Source of the DNA: Lama glama
Lineage: Eukaryota
Assembly (NCBI GenBank): GCA_028534125.1
Contig: CM052817.1
Location: forward strand, 14,138,001 to 14,202,000
Direction: 5' to 3'
DNA length: 64,000 nucleotides
A program made the translations under genes and the position numbers. This document shows, in pieces, positions 50,030 to 62,812 of the stretch. Numbering within the stretch: the first letter of the stretch is position 1; every line of letters starts with the position of its first letter. The notes below the pieces were generated by a model. That model was not told the origin of the DNA. It was given only the letters and a program-made list of their open reading frames with translations, and searched no databases.

Positions 50030-50465
50030 CGTATCGGTCAGCAACTAAATGTCAAACACTTGGCAGTTTATACTAGTTTTAATCCTCAATAGTTTTCCAG
50101 GTTGGACATCCTTATTTTCATTTTAAAACTGAGGACAAAGGTGTGAAAGAGTAAATACTTTGGGGAAAGGTAACTCTGGTAGTAACTGCTAGAACTGAGA
50201 TTCAAAAAGCATAAATAATTGCTCACATGGATTTGAGACATGACAAACACTGTGCTAAGCAGCTTATAGGGACTGTGTCACTAAATATGCCCCGTAACTC
50301 TACAAAATAGGTCCTGATATTTTACTCACTTAAAAAATGATAAAACACAAATTTAGAGTTGTTTAGGAAGTTGCCTTAACACACAGATAGTAAATGGCTG
50401 AACAGTGATTCAAACCGTGACTCTCATGCCAGAATTCCAAGCTTGTAACTACCATTCCACAGTGT
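50030..50465 (-). mobile_element. MIR SINEs (two adjacent or nested copies)
   Basis: cactgtgctaagc...acacagatagtaaatggc...gattcaaacc, and an upstream copy with taatcctcaa...cattttaaaactgagg. Confidence 0.7.
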
Positions 50466-52295
50466 CTGTTCATTTTAATGCCCATATTCTTTCCTCTCCA
50501 CCAATCAGGGGTTAAAACAAAACAGCGAAATTCACATTTTTCATTTTCTTCTCTTCATCCGATTCAATTCCCCAAACAGTAAGACAATGTAACACACCAA
50601 GGCCTGCGAAGGTTCAAAAGATGCTAATGATAATTTAGCTGAACTAAGAGGTCCATTTCAATTGCCAAAGGAACTGCTGTCTAAAGAATAAACGTTTTAT
50701 AGAGAGCAGAACTGCATTCGTCTTGATGGATACTTGTACAATAAATTTCCTAATCAGGATCAAATTAAGACCAAGGATATTCATCAGCAACCCAAGGGAC
50801 AGTCAGCATGGAGTTAAAGGCAATTTAAAAGCAACTCTGCATGTGTTCTAGATTTGGGTCAGCTTCAGATGGCATTCAATGCACTGCCCAGGCTCAAAGA
50901 TTTTTTTTTTTTTTTTCTGGCTGAAGCTGGTGCAAGCTGTTCTATTTTTTAGGCATCCTTTGGAAATAAAAATCATGTAACCATGAAAAAGAGAGCGAGT
51001 GTGGTAACATCCTGCCATTTCTAATGTTTCCATATTCTTACTACAGTAGTGAAAGCTCAACCTACAAGGCAAACTGCAACATGATCTTGGCAACCTCGCC
51101 TACAAATACAAGCATGGTTCCAGACAACTGACATTCCCTGGGCACCAGAGATTTCAATTTTTGCACTCTGTTTTTTTGGAAACTCCATTCTAGTTTGTTG
51201 TAATTGAGGTTTTGACAGCCAAACAAATCTGCTGCAAGGAACGACGTACATTTCATAAAAACGTTCCATCTAGACATACATCTACACATATTTTCTCTGC
51301 TCTAGCCTGGACGTCTGATTGTGTGAACACATGAGACAGAGAGACAGTTTAACTAGTCTTGAAAGAAGGATCCTCTGGGGAAACTCTTTTTGGTCCAACA
51401 AAAATAAGTCACTTGATAATGTAGCAAAGCGAGAGCTTATAGGGTATTCCAGGTGTGTTCTGATAACCTTAAAAAAAAAAAAAACCTAAATTCACTGATG
51501 TACTGGTTAATTGTGAGTGAAGAATTATCTTTAAGAAAAAGAAAAATAATTATATGGGACTTGTTAGACCAGTAATATAAATTATTTTGCTGATTAATTT
51601 GGTTTAAAAATGATATAAATCTGGACATGAATTTAAAGTGCTTGATGGAACTACTGCCAAGAAATGAGGAAATAAGAAGACTTAGATGTTCAAGATTTTC
51701 CAGGGTATGAAATGATTGAATTCTTTCAACTGCATTTGCTCCGACTTCTCTACACTGCCAATCAAAGACGGCAGGAAATGCAATCCATTAGACTTAATCA
51801 CATTAACTTCAAATCACATTTAACTGTTCAATTGAAGAAAACTACCAGCAAAACTAATTACAAAGCTGCAAGACAGCAATGATAAAACTGAAGCACAACA
51901 ATAGGACAGGAAACTCCTAAGAAATTGAGAATCAACAAATATATGTAATTGTCAGTGAAAAGAGTCAATCTGTGTCATTAAATAATGTTGAAGATAATTA
52001 ATTACCTTCCCATCAAATGTTTTTACACTGTATCTCAAAACTCTAGAACTCTCCTTCATAAACTAGCAGAACTTCAAACGATGCAATATCAATCTGACAT
52101 GAATATCGATCAACCACAAATAAAATTTCTTGTTTCAAAGATAACATAACCAAATTTTAGGAAATTTTATAAGAAATTTGAGAATTTAATATACTTTGAA
52201 ACACTGTGTGTCCTGTTATATATATAGATGGAAAGATGCCTGTCTCATTTCTTAGTTTGTGGGTTCTTTGAGGATTAAACAGAGCATTTTATTCA

Positions 52296-52525
52296 AATCT
52301 GGGGATTTTGCCAGTTGCTGAGTATGCCTATGCCAATTATATATTCTGGACCTGGGGAAATAAGCACAAGATGGGTTCCAGGGCTTCTGGACCCACTGTG
52401 AGACGGACCTCAGTGAGAACTGCATTCATCACAAGCCCCTCTTCTGACTGGTGGACCACAGAGACATTTTGGGTCTCCCAGAATTAGTTTCAGCTCTTAG
52501 CCAGCAGCCAGTAATCCCTGAAAGA
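52296..52525 (-). mobile_element. ERVL internal remnant, protease region
   Basis: Reverse strand reads in pieces FQGLLAAG*ELKLILGDPKCLCGPPVR...VRLTVGP...ISPGPEYIIGIGILSNWQNPQI, matching the ERVL protease. Confidence 0.88.
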
Positions 52526-53025
52526 NNNNNNNNNNNNNNNNNNNNNNNNNNNNNNNNNNNNNNNNNNNNNNNNNNNNNNNNNNNNNNNNNNNNNNNNNNN
52601 NNNNNNNNNNNNNNNNNNNNNNNNNNNNNNNNNNNNNNNNNNNNNNNNNNNNNNNNNNNNNNNNNNNNNNNNNNNNNNNNNNNNNNNNNNNNNNNNNNNN
52701 NNNNNNNNNNNNNNNNNNNNNNNNNNNNNNNNNNNNNNNNNNNNNNNNNNNNNNNNNNNNNNNNNNNNNNNNNNNNNNNNNNNNNNNNNNNNNNNNNNNN
52801 NNNNNNNNNNNNNNNNNNNNNNNNNNNNNNNNNNNNNNNNNNNNNNNNNNNNNNNNNNNNNNNNNNNNNNNNNNNNNNNNNNNNNNNNNNNNNNNNNNNN
52901 NNNNNNNNNNNNNNNNNNNNNNNNNNNNNNNNNNNNNNNNNNNNNNNNNNNNNNNNNNNNNNNNNNNNNNNNNNNNNNNNNNNNNNNNNNNNNNNNNNNN
53001 NNNNNNNNNNNNNNNNNNNNNNNNN
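52526..53025. other. Assembly gap (500 N)
   Basis: Run of exactly 500 N. Confidence 0.99.
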
Positions 53026-53029
53026 TACG

Positions 53030-53467
53030 CTACCTATACCCTGCCTTGGGCCACTGAATGCTACCATTTGCCTCTATCACTCTGGGATCCAGTTACACCC
53101 GCTGGATTGTGGTTTCCCAGTTCAGTGGCAGAAGTTCCCATTGTTTTCTATCCCACAGAGAAAAGTGGTCAGAGAGCTCTACAAGGCTGTTGGTGCTCCC
53201 CTCATAAAAAAATTCTCACAGGCATGGTGAAAGCTGTGTCCTCTGCACCCTCCTGGGATGGGTGCGCAGACCTCGCTTATAAATCCACTTTAACATTTCT
53301 ATCTTCCTGAACCTTTGAATCCCCTCCTCCATAGTGTATCAGAGCAGGCCCAGCATTTTAAGTTAATTTATTGTGGCCACTTTTTGATCCATGTTTTAAT
53401 CACCCAACCAAACAGAGCTCTTTCTAATTCCCTGAGCTGCAACACTAAATTTAGAATCTCTGCCTAA
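53030..53467 (-). mobile_element. ERVL internal remnant, gag region
   Basis: Reverse strand reads in pieces RDSKFSVAAQGIRK...TWIKKWPQ...EEGIQRFRKIEMLKWI...EDTAFT...RGAPTAL, matching ERVL Gag. Confidence 0.85.
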
Positions 53468-53468
53468 G

Positions 53469-53848
53469 GAGCCTTTTTGGATTATGGAGGTGGCGTAGTC
53501 CTGCTTTGGGTGTGTTACTCTGGCTCATTTACTGAACGACCTGCTAGTTCTGACTGGGGCCCAGAGCAAGAGAAGGTTTTACAATAGGTCCAGGCATACG
53601 CATAAGCTGCTCCGCCACTCGGGCCAAAAGACCCAGCAGATTCAGTGGTGCATAAAGTGCCATTGCACACAGGGATGCTGCCTGGGGCTTTTGGCAGGAC
53701 CTATAGGTGAGCTGCAGCACAGGCCCTTAGGATTTTGGAGCAGAGTCAGCTCTCCTCCACAGATAATGCCTCTCCTTTGGATAAACAGCCTTTGGCTTAT
53801 TACTGGGCCTTAATAGAGACTGAACACTTAAGCAGAGCCCACCAGGGT
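53469..53848 (+). mobile_element. ERVL internal remnant, pol (RT connection/RNase H region)
   Basis: Forward strand reads in pieces LFGLWR...LGVLL...DWGPEQEKVLQ*VQA...PLGPKDPAD...RPLGFWS...SPLDKQPLAYYWALIETEHL, matching ERVL Pol. Confidence 0.9.
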
Positions 53849-53899
53849 TGTTTTAGTAGATTTAATAATCTATCTGGGTGTTAGGGTGTTGTTCTTTGG

Positions 53900-53938
53900 G
53901 TTTTGTTTTGTTTTGTTTTGTTTTGTTTTTATTTTTTG
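53900..53938. repeat. (TTTTG)n simple repeat
   Basis: Directly visible. Confidence 0.9.
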
Positions 53939-54199
53939 GTCTTTAAAATGGAATGATAATCTGCAGTTTGTGAAATATTTTTTTTTGATTTCTGAACTCT
54001 CTGCGATTCATTATATTTTCCTTAAACATCTAAAGATTCTACTAGGAATAAGAATACAATGTCCAGATATAAATTGGTTGAGACAATTCATTTTGCTAAG
54101 TACCTCAATTTGTAATTATTTACTAATAGCTTCCTGAGGCCGTGGACTCAGAGAATATTTGAGTTAAATATTAAAGTTTTCCTGGAGTATCAGAGGTAA

Positions 54200-54745
54200 T
54201 TTTCACTGAATGTTACTATATGCCAGACATTATATTAATATTACCTTCTTTAACCACCAAAAACAATCCTTAAAGTCATAATAATTAATAATTATTAAAT
54301 AATCTTTTGCATGATAAGCATGCATATGATATTTACAATAAGCCAGGCAGTTTTCTAAGTATATTAAAAATACTAATAAATTTAATCTTCAAGATAGCCG
54401 TATGAGGTTGTAGCATTATTGCCCCTATCTTGGAGATAAAGAGACAAAGAGGTTAAATAAACTGCCTAAGTCACACACACTTATTAAGCAGTAGAACTGA
54501 AATTCAAACCAGAGACTAGTTCTCAATCCTGTGGCTTTAACCACTGTATTAGCTTGTTAATACAGTTTCCTAATTAAGCATACACCATATTATCCTCATT
54601 TAAGTCATGAAAAATTTGGCCATCAAATTCACTTAGTACCTTGCCAAAGTCATATGGATTCTGAAAAGTCGAGGCCAAACTCATACCCAGAACAGCCTGG
54701 TACCAAAACCTATGACTTCTACCAGCGTACAACACTACCTGCTAT
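54200..54745 (-). mobile_element. MIR SINEs (one copy at about 54320-54552 nested in an older copy)
   Basis: An outer copy (tactatatgccagac... / ...accttgccaaagtcat) flanks an inner copy (gccaggcagttttctaag...ctttaaccactg). Confidence 0.65.
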
Positions 54746-55199
54746 TCTAAAGGCAAAAAACAAGCAACCACCTGAAAAAAAAATGGAGTTCTGAGGATAC
54801 TAGTGCACTTTGTTCTTGTGACAAAACCCCTGAAATGCTGTTGTGTCCACAGGAAGGCTAGCTGGAATCAAAACAGAGCCCAACAGCTCCCAGGTCGGGA
54901 TCAGCAGACCTAGTCTGACTGTGCTCTTCTGTGAGACAGGTTCCAGTCTGAGACCTTAAATCTGCCCTTTTACCCCATGCTGTTCTCAACTCCAGAACAA
55001 ACGCCCAAGCCTGCCGTTAAAATTTCACTCCTGCCTGGGATGATCCGTTCAGTTGGGACTTATGTGCGCCAACATGCCTTCTTCAAAAACAGGGACTGCC
55101 TCCTCCTGCCATGGGTAGTAAAGATCATAGCTACTGAATGACTTTGCCACTGAGTGCTAAGAACAGAAGATTCCACGGTTAGAGGATTAATTCAGATAA

Positions 55200-55570
55200 T
55201 TTGGTCACACATTTTGCATTAAAACCCTTCTGTGGCTTTGCAGTCCATGTCCACATTACTTCAAATGCCCTTTCTTAATCACTATCTGTTGCAACATCAT
55301 TCAATCTCTAAGAATTTGCCATATCTCACTTCACTCCATGAAGGCTTTTCTCATTCTTGTAGCCTTATAAAATAACCTTGTTTGAATTCTAGTAAGCAGT
55401 GTGCATATCATGCGCTTTGTCACCCTAATCTACTGTTTTCCTTGATTTCTCCATCAAGGTGGTAATCTATTACAGAGTAAAGACTACGTTGTAATCCCAT
55501 AATGGGACTTGTGCATAATAGACTCTAAAGACACAGTAGACTCTAAAATACTATCCATACTGAACTGAAC
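55200..55570 (+). mobile_element. L2 fragment (degenerate)
   Basis: aaaacccttctgtggctt...tcacttcactccatgaaggctttt. Confidence 0.45.
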
Positions 55571-58500
55571 TCCAGTCTCACTGAGCTGCTAATCCAGTTC
55601 CAACTGCCCAGAATAGCACCTTACCCAATCACATTTCTTCCCTGCTCTCTTATTAAATGTGCCCTCCTACTCCAGCCAAGTCCATCTCTTCTATAGTCCT
55701 GTCCATCTCATTAATGAGTGGATGTTGCTGCACTGCTTGGCATAAGTAAGAAGGAAGAAGAAACACTTAGTAGATCTGTAGCATTATTAGAGTAGAGGTA
55801 TTGAATCCTGAATTACTGCAGGAATAATCCACAAACAGAAATTTAGATTTCCAATTAGATGTTCTTTTTTCTTCTGACACTACTTTAATAAAATAGTTCT
55901 TAAATGTTTTTGTACTAACATTTTCAATTTAATAGCCATTGAAGAACCCAGGTATGCAGCCCTGTGCCGGCAACATATTAAATACAAGAGCAGAGGACAT
56001 GGTGATAGGATATGTGACATAATCTCCATTGCCCACACGCGGCCCCACTCACTCTCTTTTTGTATGGTACTCCCTCCAGCACTAGATATAAGGTTACCTA
56101 CCACAAGCCACTGATTATAATTGTGATAAATCAATCATCATTCTATTACCCATTTCATTAAACGTAAACAACTTTATTCTCTCACTAATCAGCAAATTTG
56201 GGAAACATTCTTCAAAAGGCACAACCTCACATGAGATGGTCAAGGTTAAATTTGCAATTTTATTTTCCCCCCAACTTCTTCTTCCCATTCTTCTTTGTTT
56301 AGAGCCAAAAGTACTAACAAGTTTTGAAGAAAATAAAACAAAATGAAAAGAAGAGTGACTTACAGGTGCTCCAGAAATGTACAGTATATTCTAAAACATA
56401 GATTAAATTTTGCTTTTTAAAAATATACATCTAATACTAACTCTTTCAATTTATTTCTAAGGTGCTATTAGAATTAGTTTATACCTTAGTTTATACCTTA
56501 ATCATATCCTAGTTTTAACGATCATACCATATTTACTAATGTCCTGGAAAACACAATACACACATACACACATACTTCTCTTTGACGAATACTAACACAT
56601 GCAAATGTTTCCAGAATTCTCCAGGAAAACAGCTTCCCATAATTTCTTCCCATAAGAATAAAATGTTCATAACTATTTTTTTTAAATTTCCATATGTTTT
56701 TCCTATCCTTCTCCAAATATGAGGCCCACACGAGAGCCTGATTTGGGTGGGGGGGGTGGGGTAAGTAAGGGTGGGCACTTCCCATAGACCTTTACTCTGT
56801 ACCTACCTTAGACCATAATCCTCATTTCAGTCTGTTCCCTCAAAAAGATCTAGTCTTACAAATTACTATCATGAAGTGGACAGTTAACTGAAAAACTTAT
56901 GAAGAAAATTAAATCGACATTACATACCACAGAAAAGAACAATTAGTCAAATTCCTCTTTAAGATCTCAGTTCTGGTGATCAGTGTCCCCATCTTCCTGT
57001 TGGTCCTTCGTCTCCCTGTTAGTCCCCATCTTCCCCTGCACATAGACTAAAAAGCTCTCTATTGTTCTCAGCATTTGCACTTTGGCCCTCAGTTGTGTAC
57101 CCCACTCAGCCATACCCGGGCTCACAGAAAAAAGTCATCTCTGTTCCTCAGGCCTCTCTCTTGGCTGATATCCTGCCACACCAATAACTATTTTCAAACA
57201 ACAGCTGAATACATTGATCTCCTTATCCCCCATCCTTGAAAAATCCCTGAAAATTGAAGACTACTATATAAAAATATATTCCAAGTGATTAATTCTTCAA
57301 GCCATTCCATTAGGCTGCAAAGCCACAGTTTTTGTATGCACCTCACATCCTAATTTATTATCCAAAATGAGAATGTAAACATGTAGAGAGGTGGTTAGAA
57401 CTTGTATTGAACATGCTACAGATTCTGAGGCTATGTGAGGCGCTTTAGAAAGTGTTTAGCAATTTTTCTACTTTTGTAAATCATAGGGGAGATGCTGTTT
57501 ACAGACACGGTTACACCCTACCTGAAGTGGAAGGGGCTACCAGGCACACCTCCATATTTCCAGGTTCTGAAATACAAATGTGTCAAGCTTATAGTTCATG
57601 TCAATTTCAGCGATTAGTGACAGATTCAACAGAAAATAAAAACTGGCTGAAAATCATTTGCCAACATTTCAGTTTACACATAGACCATTTCAAGAGAAAA
57701 TCATGGCAATCATGAACTGTCCTAACTCTGCAGTAGCAAACTAAGGCCGCCTAGAGGAGGGGATTCTGTGTATTTATCACATTTATTTTCTATGTACGTC
57801 AGCAAAGACAGGCCCTGGATGTCACAGAAAGTCAAATATTTACTCATTTGATTATGATGTGATTTCAGATTCCCTTGCGTTTGCTCAATGACATACATTT
57901 CCTTCCTCCTGATTAAACACTTTATGAAATGCTACTTTAGTTGTAATTAATATACTCTAGCTTTTGTTCAATATTGACTCAGTAATGGCTTAACATTCTC
58001 AATCAATGTAGATGGACAATAAAGAAGAGCAGGAGGTTAAGTCCCTCTGGCTTTATGGCTTAGATTTAAGGGCGAAACACTTTCTTGCTTCTAAGTGATC
58101 AGATATCATAACTCACATTTATTTCTGATTGGCCATCAGGTATATTGGAGAAATAATCGTCAAACTGCATGGAATGACTTGGAGGAAAAGCATCAGAAAG
58201 GAAGGATCATGCAAAGAATATTAGTACCTGAGCCATGCACACAGAACTAATTTGTTATCATCATTCTTACAGTCATGTGAGTGATAAGGAGTCCGTACCT
58301 AGAATTCTCATCAACGGAGCCAGGACTTCATTGAAACTGACATTCAGTAAAAATATGCTAAGTGCCTACAAACATTCAACATATAATGCTATTTAGTGAA
58401 GATTCAAGGAAGAGATAAAAATCAGAAAGAAATATTACAAAGTATGACAACTACAATGTAAGTATGTTCAAAGTTAGCATCTCTCTCTGTGATAAAGAAA

Positions 58501-59599
58501 CCATGGAAAGAATGGGATGTCCTATAAGCTCATCAGTTCCCCCACATTCAGGATGTTTTCAAGCATATTCTATAGGACTGTTTCCTTAATTTTAGGGTAA
58601 AAAGGAGTTCCTACACTGTGTAGGCCTTAACAAGTCCCTTCAAGGCTAAGAATTTCTGATCACCCATTGGCTATTTATGTCTTGTTCCTTTGATCCTTTT
58701 CACAGCACCTTTTGCAAATGCCTATGTTTTTCTGTAAGTAAGATAAAGAATAGCCCTTCTTATTTGTACCCTTGTGACATTTTTCTCCAACTGCACTTTG
58801 TGAATTTTTTATACCACTCTGAACTATAGAGCTGAATCAATTGTGGAAAATGTGCTGAATGTCCATCCATAAAGGGAAACAAGATTAATGACCTCTAAAT
58901 GTGAATGGGCAAAAGCAATTTACAAGAGTGAGTGAGGGTCATATTTTATTGCAGGCAGGTGCCTTATTCCAACTTTGCAAACAGTTACCAAAAATGCACA
59001 CAACCACAAATCTTTAGCCTTTCCATCCCCATACAGAACCATTGTGTGTTCCAGACAAATGATGCCTACCATGTTTTAACCCTGAACTCAATCTTCGTAT
59101 GTTAATGAAGACTAAAATAGATTGCTAGAGTACTGGACTTGCAGCAGAAACCAACAGAAAAAGCATTTTCCATCCTAACCCACTCCCCGGGTCTGTACTT
59201 CACCCAGCAAGAAAAAGAGCATCAGTTTGTGTTGCTCACTGTGTAGAACACCCTCAGCGCACGGTCTAACCAATTTTGCATTTAAAAATTTTTCCTTCAC
59301 CTTTGACTTTGTCATTGCTCCACTGAACTGTGACTTTTAATCAGTGTATCATATGGTGTTTAGTTTTTATCTTCTGGTAGTCATAGTAGGGGGTTTTAAA
59401 AGGTATGTGATATGAGAAAACACTGGTAAAATCTTTCTAGTACACAGTAGGAAACAAAAATAAAAATATTTACTATTTGGGCCCTTATTTCTCACATTGA
59501 TGGTAATGTGTCTAGTATAAGTGACCTGGGCAAGTTACTCTACTCGTGCACAGCTGCAGTCAGGACAGAAGAGTTAAACATCTGAAACCAAGGTCAAGG

Positions 59600-60210
59600 T
59601 GTACTAGCTACCTTTTGCTGTGTAACAAATTATGCAAACCTTAGTAGCTTCAAACAACATGAATTTGTTATCTCTCCATCTCCATGGGTCAGGGGTCCAG
59701 GCACAGAATAACTGAGTTCTCTGCTAATAGTCTCACAGGGCCAAAATCATAGTGTCAGCCAGATTGTCTTCCCATCTGTAGGCTGGGGTCCTTATGTAAG
59801 CTCAGGCAGTTGTAGCAGAACTGAATTCCTTGCATACTGAGGTCTCTATTTCATTGCTGGCTGTCAGCATGGGGCCACTCTCAGCAACGTGAAGCCATCC
59901 ATGGTTCCTTGCCATGTGCCCTGTCCATCTTTAAAGCCAGCAATGAAGAATCTCCCTTCTGTTGATTTGCTCTCACATTCGAATCTCTGTGGCCAGAAAG
60001 AGATTTGATCTTTAAAGGTTAGCTCAATTAGGTCAAGTCCACCAAACCTAATTTTTCTTAAAGGTAACTGTGCCAAATAACAAAACCTAATTATGAGACT
60101 GATATTGTGATATCCCATCTTGAGCACAGGTTGCTCTCACAATCAATGGGAGGATATTATACGAGGGTGTGGGTCTTTGGGGAGGTTATCTTAAAATTAT
60201 GTCTACTACA
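59600..60210 (-). mobile_element. MLT1E-like MaLR solo LTR
   Basis: ttgctgtgtaacaaatta...ttagtagcttcaaacaaca...gggtcaggggtccaggcacag...atcttaaaattatgtctactaca. Confidence 0.88.
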
Positions 60211-60640
60211 TAAGACATTGAAGGGAGCATCAAGAAACCAAGGCATGAGCCAAGGCAAGTGAGCTCTTATCTCCAGGAGGGCTGTCCAGAAAAGGCAGGG
60301 AGAGAGCATCTCTGGAAATATGAATATTCACATGACTGAAGACAGGATCTGAGCTAAGAGTCAGGGTTAAAACAAGATATTTTGACCAAGGAATGACATG
60401 GTTAAAAAAAGTGTTCAATCTCGTTACAGAGAAATGTTAATATTTGTAATTTAACACTCCCTAAATGAAAAGATTCCAGTATGTGTCCATCTGTGCAACT
60501 GGGTGAACAACCTAAAGCCTGACAATCATGGGTATGGCCAACGTATGAATGCTGAATGAGTCCGAGGTTCAACACCATCAGCAGTATCTGAAGGAATTTT
60601 GGATCTTTTTTTTTTGCAAAACCAAAACAAAGCACAGCAA

Positions 60641-60672
60641 TAACAACAACAACACAACAACAACAACAACAA
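60641..60672. repeat. (CAA)n microsatellite, imperfect
   Basis: Directly visible. Confidence 0.85.
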
Positions 60673-60704
60673 ATAGGCAAATGGAGCATCCTCAGTGTCC
60701 TCAC

Positions 60705-61010
60705 CATAGACTGTAGATTACGAGGACTCCAGTTGCAGACTATCTGGGTTTGAATCCCAGCTCTCTAGCTTACTAGCTATTTGACCTTGGGAAAGCTATT
60801 CAACTTCATTTGCCTCACATAACTTTGACTGTAAATAGAAGGATAAAAACATATCAGGTTGATGTGAGATATCCAAATGTATGCATACATATATGATTTC
60901 TATATATTATGTTTTGCATGTATTTATATATATATGTGAGATTATATATACACAGATATTTTAAATGCCTGTCTTCGTTAACATGTATTAAAAATCAGTC
61001 ATTATTACTA
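60705..61010 (+). mobile_element. MIR SINE with a TA-rich insertion
   Basis: cagactatctgggtttgaatcccagctct...cttactagctatttgaccttggg. Confidence 0.8.
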
Positions 61011-61278
61011 CCATTAATTGTTCATATTCCTCTTAATGCTATCTAGAACTACAGTTGGTACATCTTGGCCCTACCACTGATATCTCAAAGCTCCAGCACT
61101 TTGTAGTTATTTGCTTGCACACCCATCTAATCTTCTGGGTGGTAAGTTTTCTTAAGGAAAGAGAATTGTGCTCCTCATTACTCCATGCCTCTAAGGCCAC
61201 AGTAGGCACTTTGGAAATATGAATTGCTTAAATATCACATCTGCCTTGGTCGTGAATCATTTTTGCAGTGTGAATTTT

Positions 61279-61711
61279 CAGTACGGCAGACACTGCCAGC
61301 TGCCCAATTTATGCTGCTGACTAACAGAACTTTTGTCTGTGGATTTTGTCTGGGGGAACAATGTGCTATCTTCATAGATCCACCATCCCGTGTGGTATAG
61401 TTCTGTCCCAGAGATGTAGAGGTAAGTACCTGGGATTTCCCCGTGTGGCATGGGGATGTGAGGTAGGAGGTGGAACAGCCACTTTGTGACTTTGAGGCAT
61501 AAGCTAGAAGAGAAAAGACACAAACTAAGGATGGCAGTATGGAGGACATAAGGAGCCGGGGACACTGAGAACCTGAGAATCTGCTGCACTAATACTGGAC
61601 AGGGTGCTCCTCTTCTTCCTGAATTGTGAGAAAAGGAGATGCCTCTTTGGTTAAGCTACAATAGTGGGATTTCTGATGAAGGCAGCCAGGCACAAGTTTC
61701 TAATGGACACA
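61279..61711 (+). mobile_element. Old MLT1 (MLT1I/J/K-like) MaLR solo LTR
   Basis: cagccactttgtgact...ctaaggatggcag...tgtgagaaaa...tttggttaagcta...gcagcc...ctaatggacaca. Confidence 0.7.
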
Positions 61712-62189
61712 TCAGTTTACTCAGCACTGAAGGGCAAAGATCACCAAAGAGCTTGCAGAATATAGCTAATCCATATTAATGCCCTCCTTCTGCCACTTGA
61801 TGACACATAATTGGATATAGAACCACTGTACAAGTGACTTGAGTCAGGGTGAGAGGAAGTAAACGAGGAGAATAATGCCTAAGGATATGCTTAAGCACAA
61901 CGTCAAGCACTGTGGAATAATCATCCATTGCTGGGCAACACAGAGAGTTTCGATTTAGCATCTTATTTTGCATACGATGTGCGGTATAATTCAATCAGCC
62001 TGCGAGGGAAAAGGGAACCACAAACAGAAAAGTATGAGTGTGGCTATAGACCTCAAGAGCATCACAGAGGAAGATATAGTCTACAAAATCATGATGCATT
62101 CACTTCTTTAGGAAGTACACACACATTTGTATATTGTATATGTGTGTGTTTGTGTATATATACACTAACCTGTTTACCATTGAAATTCA

Positions 62190-62410
62190 GAATACCAATG
62201 CTGTTAAGAACAGAGCTGGAGTAGATTGTCTGGGTTGAAATTCCACCTCTGCAGCTTACTAGCTATGTGTTCTCACCTTCAACCCTCAGTTTTCTCATCT
62301 GCCAAATGTTTATAATAGAATCTACCCACAGGATTATTATGAGGATGCTGTGAGTTACTTAACAGGGAGCACACAGGATAGGGTGGAGCAGTCATCTGTG
62401 TGTTAGCCAA
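62190..62410 (+). mobile_element. MIR SINE
   Basis: ctggagtagattgtctgggttgaaa...cttactagctatgtg...cctcagttttctcatctg. Confidence 0.85.
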
Positions 62411-62599
62411 AACTATTTTTACAATGCCATAGAAATAAACATGTGTTTAATTGTGCAGGTGCAAAATAACGGGTTTACAAACACATCTATTTCTATGTAG
62501 ATAAGTGGAGAATTCACTGTCCTGATAAACGTAATGCTAGTTTACACGTTGCATATCCTTTTGAATTTTAAAAAGCACCAGGAGCACCAACTACAACGG

Positions 62600-62812
62600 C
62601 TACCACTTATTGAATATTTACTATGTGTGTGGGCTGTGCTTAACACTTCACTTGCATTATATCCTTTAATCCTCCCAACGCCTGAAGAATGAAGTATTAT
62701 TACAAGCCCTCTAAAGGATTAGTAACTTGCCCAAAGTAACAAAACAAGCAGGTGGAGGAACTGCAATTAGAATTCAAATCCAATTCTCTGTCTCCAGAGT
62801 CTGAATTTTTGG
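62600..62812 (-). mobile_element. MIR SINE
   Basis: cacttattgaatatttactatgtg...tttaatcctcccaac...agtaacttgcccaaagt. Confidence 0.8.

Noticed and set aside
52429..53230. ORFs of 212 and 259 aa
   Set aside because: They span the second N gap; the flanks are decayed ERVL sequence with stops and frameshifts.
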